A DNA stretch of 64,000 nucleotides. Source: a virus (Duplodnaviria > Caudoviricetes). Positions 58,801 through 64,000 of this stretch are shown here, one piece after another. A program made the position numbers and the translations under genes. The notes under the pieces were generated by a model. It saw nothing but the letters and a program-made list of their open reading frames with translations. It was not told the origin of the DNA and searched no databases. The DNA lies in the IMG/VR virus record IMGVR_UViG_3300031993_000004, positions 128,001 to 192,000 of that record; one strand, 5' to 3'. How positions within the stretch are numbered: position 1 is the first letter of the stretch; each line of letters starts with the position of its first letter.

Positions 58801-60210
58801 CTTGTTGGTGGTGATGTGCGAGCAACGCCTGATCTCAGAATTGAAACTGCTGAAAAACGTATCAACAGGAAAGTTCGTTCAATATGGGATGCGTTGTCGA
58901 CGTTTGAATATTCAGACTTCATCGCAGGCAACCCGTATAACTATTTCGATATCACGGTTCCGAACGCTATCACACTTGCATGGCTGATAGAACACAAGAC
59001 GGAACTTGGAAATCAGATAGATACGAAGTCTGCATCACAAGCATATCTTCTGCTCAGGTCATTGAATTCCCATGCGACGCAATTCAGAGATAAGTGCAAT
59101 GATGCCGAGCATACTCTCACATTTAGCGATGAAACATATAACATCGCGCCGGAGTCATTTAAGGTGAGCGAGGTGCGGCTATATATGGCACAATCATTGA
59201 CAAATGTGATTAAACGTGCGACAGACATCATCAATGCAGTTCCACAATATGTCCCCGATGCAAGCAATGCACTTAAGCTCTATCAGTATATCGCAGATCA
59301 TTATTCACTCGGACAAGTATCGGGAGCAGATCAATTAATTTCTCATATCCCAGAAATAACCGTATTCAACAATCACACTGCGGCTGAATCAAACGATTTA
59401 TTGCCACTCGACTGGCTGTTCGGCTTCTTTGCGCGAACAATTCTGAACAGCAGAGGATGGGAGAAAATCATCACAGGTACATTCGATTACGATCCGTTGG
59501 AATATTATCCTGCTGGATGGACACCGTCTGGATTTGGTGATTACTTCTGGAAAGATTCCGAGAATGTGTATCATCAGATTGAGAACGGAACATTCGAGTC
59601 GAGATATGCTGAAGGTGTGTACTACACGCGTGATGCTGGTACCGGAACATTCTCTCTGATTACAACATTCAATCAGAGTGATGTTGTGTCTTCGTACTAT
59701 ATCCAGAATCGATACGTGAAACAAGATGGCACGAACGTTACCCAGCCAGCTGACTGGAGTTATGCATGGGCAAAATACTACTATACCGATGATGCTACTG
59801 ACCCGAAGCTGTTTAAGCATGTCACCGGAAGTACTGCTCCAGAATGGGTCGCGAACACATATTACACTGAAAAATCTGATGGTGATGTCGTCGGATATGA
59901 GAAAGTGTATACAACATGTGCGTTCTCGCAAACTGAACGCGGAACACTTCCGCCAGAAGGTTCTGCAGATCCAGGCAACTTCATTCCATGCGCACCGATC
60001 TGGTCTGAACTCACTGTGTACGACAGTGATTCGTCTGAAACGCCACAAGAGTCCCAACCTGCAGACTGGTATACAAACTATGCCAACTACTTCACTCGTA
60101 CTGGAGAAGTCGGCAGCTACGTGTATACTAATGTCGAGGCCGCGAAGTATTACTTCAAGACTTGCCGTGGCACATACTATTCAAGAACACTTACACCGTC
60201 TAATACATGA
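55813..60210 (+). CDS. Large tail fibre protein with PADW-type modules (1465 aa)
   Basis: Fibre repeat VNSVNGRTGVVVLNSDDVGLGNVDN near the N-terminus and multiple (E/Q)PADW..Y..YY and APEW..NTYY modules. RBS AAAGGAG. Confidence 0.7.
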   Translation: MSMDNVQLKQEDAFGDHVVLSDINPVSNTKSIDNDDTGEKLNETLSRLWEAINNKLSRYVNSVNGRTGVVVLNSDDVGLGNVDNVSFAVIKSWVINEIENAFKNKQLHMYDTYTDAFNAAATNDRTLAWAPFYCDMYGESDRRSVIGVFTWNDSSSTLDLTYRMINTIGYADESILYRTSSSDYPTENDGLNRDIPVGGIGVNIYQEERPEDQVLFLERGGSKAVSGLRIDNEKIGSRVYYEDTPYGEFNPETGLPSVEPGGYMLWRYKQGTGQGADYKGYKVRIFIDGHEITPKFTTVSSTNPEPEEYTREFYIDNRWVNYASMRNNDIVVMRFSNFIRDNDTTSAGVCLDLSRCQPAVGRIVKSSNPEFDYDIYFQTLNPNTNGYGLMTMETHQNRDVKSTQLGVNMLTSRATPDGRIGHGAYRYANGYSINMSGIMTYAGEESVKNTLEHRNPNILRGIHTPWSAGISSGISVYNLPEDPSNKGSMHISTDGTLCTYPYYQALATRLRAGVAPEWISGKFYQKNGDSYEVLTSEPAGWNYLFFMYYVKDENDAYVSVSGIKQAYSAINFRTYEGDPTKQLCVGSLMASNAVFDNQGYSLSNDYNSIYYPKDSTVENPAGLDQSDFIGGTQASIGINLYKVSSSLYDHDPNATVDSVDMFEHIKEKFGYQFFNLSGMRMNFADWPYDDGNLPIIDSGTTHQFDPKMLYMMGLHDYKDAYGNDRKSYIVPGSFSDGISINVGRFLEITPKKTYRAEKYWEGGKVQVRVGPGMTEEVVQYDVTDVVKNGKSAMTADMPFTYDELVERWFTTGEEFVLWINEYTQHLGTVIHNQLDSTGEEPEDWEDEWYRYEYNVGTEEDPEYVFLPNIPGQDIGFNVMSPTYMGPYYEPNRTGVLGGCMTFAELRNNIFNSSRFSSAKLIWNRPTNRLTPKLDPETLAINQSGQITVIGGANDALTTNIRIIDPDGFYADTYHDDDRDDTQPPHTEHILLGDGLALVGGDVRATPDLRIETAEKRINRKVRSIWDALSTFEYSDFIAGNPYNYFDITVPNAITLAWLIEHKTELGNQIDTKSASQAYLLLRSLNSHATQFRDKCNDAEHTLTFSDETYNIAPESFKVSEVRLYMAQSLTNVIKRATDIINAVPQYVPDASNALKLYQYIADHYSLGQVSGADQLISHIPEITVFNNHTAAESNDLLPLDWLFGFFARTILNSRGWEKIITGTFDYDPLEYYPAGWTPSGFGDYFWKDSENVYHQIENGTFESRYAEGVYYTRDAGTGTFSLITTFNQSDVVSSYYIQNRYVKQDGTNVTQPADWSYAWAKYYYTDDATDPKLFKHVTGSTAPEWVANTYYTEKSDGDVVGYEKVYTTCAFSQTERGTLPPEGSADPGNFIPCAPIWSELTVYDSDSSETPQESQPADWYTNYANYFTRTGEVGSYVYTNVEAAKYYFKTCRGTYYSRTLTPSNT

Positions 60211-60224
60211 ATCGAGGTGGTCTT

Positions 60225-60731
60225 ATGATTACGCTCGGAATTACGCTCGGTTATGATCTGCAAATCAAAGATCACATGATTTGTGTCAAACGTTCTGAGG
60301 AGAATGCAGAAAACAATGCTTTCGAACTTCATGAGAATGGTATTTTCATGGATGACAGAATCGTTTCCAACGGAACTGGGTTTGCAGATCAAGCCGCGGA
60401 TATCATACGGATCGGATATTACGGTCCGTATGATACTCCTAATTCCGGATATACTGCAGCTGCAACGGGACGAGTCTCGGCAAACTGCATTGTCCATCGC
60501 ATTTTCACTGCGAAAGATTCGACCGGTATTGTCCTCGAGAATTTCCGTCCCGTAGACAGTATCATCCCTGGGGATATGTTGCGTATCCCCAAGGGTGACG
60601 GTCGATACGAATATCGACTCATCATCAGCACAACATCGACGGATGACCGAGGTATTCGAAACCCGCAACAAACATACGGAATGAACAATTCCATTGCAGA
60701 AAATGGAACAGTTGTTCTCGGAACTTGGTAA
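60225..60731 (+). CDS. Small fibre-associated protein (168 aa)
   Basis: RBS GAGGTG. Contains a fibre-like NNAFELHENGIFM repeat and IIPGDMLRI. Confidence 0.7.
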   Translation: MITLGITLGYDLQIKDHMICVKRSEENAENNAFELHENGIFMDDRIVSNGTGFADQAADIIRIGYYGPYDTPNSGYTAAATGRVSANCIVHRIFTAKDSTGIVLENFRPVDSIIPGDMLRIPKGDGRYEYRLIISTTSTDDRGIRNPQQTYGMNNSIAENGTVVLGTW

Positions 60732-60742
60732 GGAGGATTAAA

Positions 60743-61060
60743 ATGATTATCGTTCGATTTAATTTCTCCGAACAATGTTATGATTACGGGATCAATTCTG
60801 TTCGGATTTCACCAGATGAACACAACAACTTCTATCTGGATCCAGTTTCGAATTCGATCAAACTCCATACGATACCAGTCGCTGTGAATAATGAAAACAC
60901 ACCAGGCAACGGTATTGATGGTCAGGTTGATCAACCGATTCCGATCATCCGGATGAACAACTCCGTGAGTAGAAAAGTTGCTGGTGATCCCACAGCATCC
61001 AATGAAGGTGTTATTCTCCCAGATCTGCTGAATGCATACTTCGATAGTCTGGGGGTGTAA
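60743..61060 (+). CDS. Small hypothetical protein (105 aa)
   Basis: RBS AAGGAGG. Contains a fibre-like VRISPDEHNNFYL motif. Confidence 0.72.
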   Translation: MIIVRFNFSEQCYDYGINSVRISPDEHNNFYLDPVSNSIKLHTIPVAVNNENTPGNGIDGQVDQPIPIIRMNNSVSRKVAGDPTASNEGVILPDLLNAYFDSLGV

Positions 61061-61063
61061 TGA

Positions 61064-61762
61064 ATGGATGTCATATTTAAGAAACCAGAAGGTGGATTTG
61101 AATTCAATGAAGACAATGCGTTGACATTAAAATTCGATCCATCCGTGAGAGTACAGAAGCTCGAATCTGGTATCTATATTCCGAAAGACGGCTTTGGCCA
61201 AGGGCTCGATGGAACGGTCGACAACTGGACAATTGTTCCGCTCATCAATAAAGAAAACAATTCGTATCAAACAAATACGAATGGTCGAAATTTGATTGGC
61301 GTTAATCTGGATCATGTTGTGTGTATCTATTCAATGTCCAGAAAGAAAGTCACCCAGCGGACAATAAACGGTTATCGATGCAGCAATGAAACGAAGACCG
61401 TGCAAGATGTCATGGATGAATTCAATTGTGCAATGGATATCGGAGTTCCACCCGGCCTCCCGTTTACATCGTACAAAATGACACCCGGTGATTTGTTCCA
61501 ATTCAGAGAGGAAGAAAAACCGTGGTTTGCAAAGAACGATGTGAACGGAAATACATGGCCGTGTATGATGGATGACATGAACCGCTATGAAACTCAGGTC
61601 ACGTTGGCGTTGTTTTATGTCACAGAAGTCGAATACAATCTTCCATCCAACAGCTTCTACATGACAAAGTTGTCATTGAAATGCGTTTGGAAAGAAACAA
61701 ACGATAGTAAGTTCGCAGCGTATGATATCGGACAAACGTATACTGCGATTAAATCTATATGA
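61064..61762 (+). CDS. Hypothetical fibre-associated protein (232 aa)
   Basis: Within the operon. LESGIYI and MTPGDLFQF resemble the 60225 protein. Confidence 0.72.
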   Translation: MDVIFKKPEGGFEFNEDNALTLKFDPSVRVQKLESGIYIPKDGFGQGLDGTVDNWTIVPLINKENNSYQTNTNGRNLIGVNLDHVVCIYSMSRKKVTQRTINGYRCSNETKTVQDVMDEFNCAMDIGVPPGLPFTSYKMTPGDLFQFREEEKPWFAKNDVNGNTWPCMMDDMNRYETQVTLALFYVTEVEYNLPSNSFYMTKLSLKCVWKETNDSKFAAYDIGQTYTAIKSI

Positions 61763-61775
61763 AAGGAATGATATC

Positions 61776-63092
61776 ATGGAACAGAAAGAATTTCTAATGG
61801 CCGATTCAATAGGCTTTCATGATAACGCTTCACAGAGTGACAATCACCACTATCTCAGAGGTGTGATTGATATCTCGAAGAGGAATAAGATCACTGGTGA
61901 AGTGAAACACGTTCATCGTGGTACCAACATTATCTCGATCTCCGGTATGCAGTGGATTCTGATGAAAATGTTCGGACTGTATCTGGATGCTCCGCATGCA
62001 GTTTCGTACGAAACACTTGACAAAGATACCAACCTCGTGATTCCGGAGCTGAATCAGTCTACCACGATGGGAATCGGCGTTGTGCCTGACCAGTATTCTG
62101 AGATGAAGGATCCGATTGCACGTGACCACATTGTGCAGGGATTCATGGTCGGCAACGGTGGTGCCGGGGAAGATCAGATGACTACGAAGAATACGAACTA
62201 TGCGTTCATCAATCTTCGTAATCCGATTCCATTCCAACAAACACAGAACTCTTTGCCGAATGAGATTGCTGGAAAATACCTCGGCATCTACAACCGTGTC
62301 GGCGGATCTTCATATTCCAAATCGTATTTCATTAAGCGGTTTGATGAAACCCCACACATCTTCCATTCATGGTGGAAGGATGGGCAGAAGTGGGATTATG
62401 TTGACCCGGTTTCTCAGGATGATCTCGGTCCTGATGCAACCAATATCCCGAAAACAGATCGTATCGAAACATACGTCGAGTGCAAACTCTCGTTGAGTGA
62501 AGACGATTGTATGGCATATTTCCAGCATGATGGATACTCTGAAAATGAGACGCCTGCAATCAATGAACTTGGCCTTGTGGCATTCGATACAACTGTCGAT
62601 GGAGATCGCTCCATCCTGGAGAATCTCTATGTGACACACATCAAAACAATCATCGACATCGCTTTCGACAATAAGCGTCGTGAAGCAGATCCCGCAGTCG
62701 TTGATTATATGAAATCACTCGCATCCGAGGCTGTTGCCGTTCTCGATGAGTATGCTGTTCAGAAATACGACATTGAAACAACACAGCCACAGCTGTATGC
62801 ACTGTATCAGACTCTTGCAACGGTCTCTACAGCTGAAGAAATCGATTTTACCGTGGTACAGGAAGCACTTCAGAGTGTGGACAATATCCATGTCGAAGCT
62901 TTCTATAACCAGTATGGTGATTACCGCAGTGAAACCGATGAGTATTATACCTGCTTGAATGATGAGGCATTCGACCGCGCTGAATCAAATGAAGCACAGC
63001 GAATTAAATTGGTTACGTATTACACGTTCAAACCGATCGCAATCGAAGAGAACTGGGAAACGCTGATCAATTATCGCATTTATGCAAATTAA
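61776..63092 (+). CDS. Baseplate/tail-fibre attachment structural protein (putative)
   Basis: Contains NIISISG, FMVGNGG, YFIKRF, INELGL and terminal INYRIY, with a helical insertion of about 130 aa before the last strands. Confidence 0.55.
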   Translation: MEQKEFLMADSIGFHDNASQSDNHHYLRGVIDISKRNKITGEVKHVHRGTNIISISGMQWILMKMFGLYLDAPHAVSYETLDKDTNLVIPELNQSTTMGIGVVPDQYSEMKDPIARDHIVQGFMVGNGGAGEDQMTTKNTNYAFINLRNPIPFQQTQNSLPNEIAGKYLGIYNRVGGSSYSKSYFIKRFDETPHIFHSWWKDGQKWDYVDPVSQDDLGPDATNIPKTDRIETYVECKLSLSEDDCMAYFQHDGYSENETPAINELGLVAFDTTVDGDRSILENLYVTHIKTIIDIAFDNKRREADPAVVDYMKSLASEAVAVLDEYAVQKYDIETTQPQLYALYQTLATVSTAEEIDFTVVQEALQSVDNIHVEAFYNQYGDYRSETDEYYTCLNDEAFDRAESNEAQRIKLVTYYTFKPIAIEENWETLINYRIYAN

Positions 63093-63113
63093 CATGAAAG
63101 GATGTGTTGATAC

Positions 63114-63689
63114 ATGCCAACAATCGGTGATGATAATATTTCAAAGCTGATAAATGAAGCGAATGGTCGTACCCGCTCTTTTGTTGCAGAATGCATCAAC
63201 GCATACAAATCAATTCGATGGAAGACGGTATCGTTCATCATCCCGACGGAACCGATACCGTCCCATCGTCCAAGATTATCTGGATATCGAGTATATGTGC
63301 CCGGAGCTGCAAAGAACCAGGCATTCTTCAATAAACATGTTTTACCGACACTGAATGGATTATTCATTACAACACCCTGCAAAATCAAATCTGATATCTT
63401 TGTGAAAACGCCGAAATCGTTTTCTATGGGTCAGAAGATTCTTGCAGAAATGAGAATCCTTCGTCCATGGGGTAATGTTGGTGACGTGGATAACTATGAA
63501 AAGAGTATCTACGACCAAATGCAACCGAACGAGAAGCGTGGACACGTCGGTATTATGTCAAACGATAGTTTGATCATTGAGGCACACACGAACAAATATT
63601 ACTCGATTACACCTCGTACTGAAATCACGATTTCTTTCATGGGGAAGATACCAGAGAAATTGAAGAAAGTCCTTCGCATGCGGGAATAA
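63114..63689 (+). CDS. rusA: RusA-like Holliday junction resolvase
   Basis: Contains PIPSHRPR, GDVDNYEKSIYD and NDSLII..KYYSITPRTEITI. Confidence 0.8.
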   Translation: MPTIGDDNISKLINEANGRTRSFVAECINAYKSIRWKTVSFIIPTEPIPSHRPRLSGYRVYVPGAAKNQAFFNKHVLPTLNGLFITTPCKIKSDIFVKTPKSFSMGQKILAEMRILRPWGNVGDVDNYEKSIYDQMQPNEKRGHVGIMSNDSLIIEAHTNKYYSITPRTEITISFMGKIPEKLKKVLRMRE

Positions 63690-63710
63690 TACAATAAGGA
63701 GTGATTTCAC

Positions 63711-64000
63711 ATGGCAAAAGCAAAAAGCGATCCAGCATCTACCCCAGTAGATGCTGCCAAGATTGCACAAGGTGTTGCGGACCTTGAATCGGAACGGAAG
63801 AAAGACTGGGCAAAATATTCAGACGAGATTCGTCCATTCCAAAAAGCTGTCAAGGACTTCGAAGGAAGTCTCGACGAAGTAAAAGGCAGCGTTGGCTCAC
63901 TCGGTGGTGAAGTCGGTTCGCTCATTGCGAATACGAAACTGAAGACCAGTGCAACAGCCGGACAGTATCCGACTGCGTCTATTGTTAGACGCGCATCTCG
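63711..64000 (+). CDS. Hypothetical protein, partial (runs off window end)
   Basis: RBS AAGGAG, ATG 63711 (MAKAKSDPASTPVD), open to the window end. Confidence 0.75.
   Translation, partial: MAKAKSDPASTPVDAAKIAQGVADLESERKKDWAKYSDEIRPFQKAVKDFEGSLDEVKGSVGSLGGEVGSLIANTKLKTSATAGQYPTASIVRRAS

Noticed and set aside
1-64000. CRISPR array, DGR (template/variable repeat plus RT), introns/inteins, transposases, chimallin
   Set aside because: I saw no regularly spaced direct repeats, reverse transcriptase, intein C...HN motifs, interrupted core genes or recognisable ChmA. Absence is judged by eye and only for this window.

Overview
This is a 64-kb segment of a jumbo myophage of the phiKZ/AR9(PBS1)-like supergroup. 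The host is probably Gram-positive/Bacillota, inferred only from the strong AAGGAG/GAGGTG ribosome-binding sites. Recognisable genes are three split multisubunit RNA polymerase subunits (beta C-half, beta' N-half with GGDYDGD, beta' C-half), a PhuZ/TubZ-like tubulin, a partial SbcC-like ATPase, portal, SF2 helicase, terminase, GyrB-type topoisomerase, a mini PolB-like protein, tail sheath and tube, baseplate wedge/hub candidates, a large fibre/adhesin cluster, a BCS1-like AAA+ ATPase and a RusA-like resolvase. The phage's transcription signals can be read directly: a TATATTAT-like octamer followed by N6-G (9 intergenic copies, early-type), an AAAACG-N6-TAA motif before virion genes (late-type), and a family of GGGGC-loop-GCCCC terminators. 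These signals point to three unannotated, highly structured non-coding RNAs: about 51400-51628 (+), about 29979-30135 (-) and about 12335-12513 (+). All three carry anti-Shine-Dalgarno-like C/U tracts, and together they are the best candidate for an undescribed system here. Also notable are a candidate -1 frameshift in a tail/baseplate chaperone gene, a PADW-type module shared between sheath and fibres, and no TAG stop among the 44 complete genes called. Product calls come from motif recognition by eye; no database search was run.
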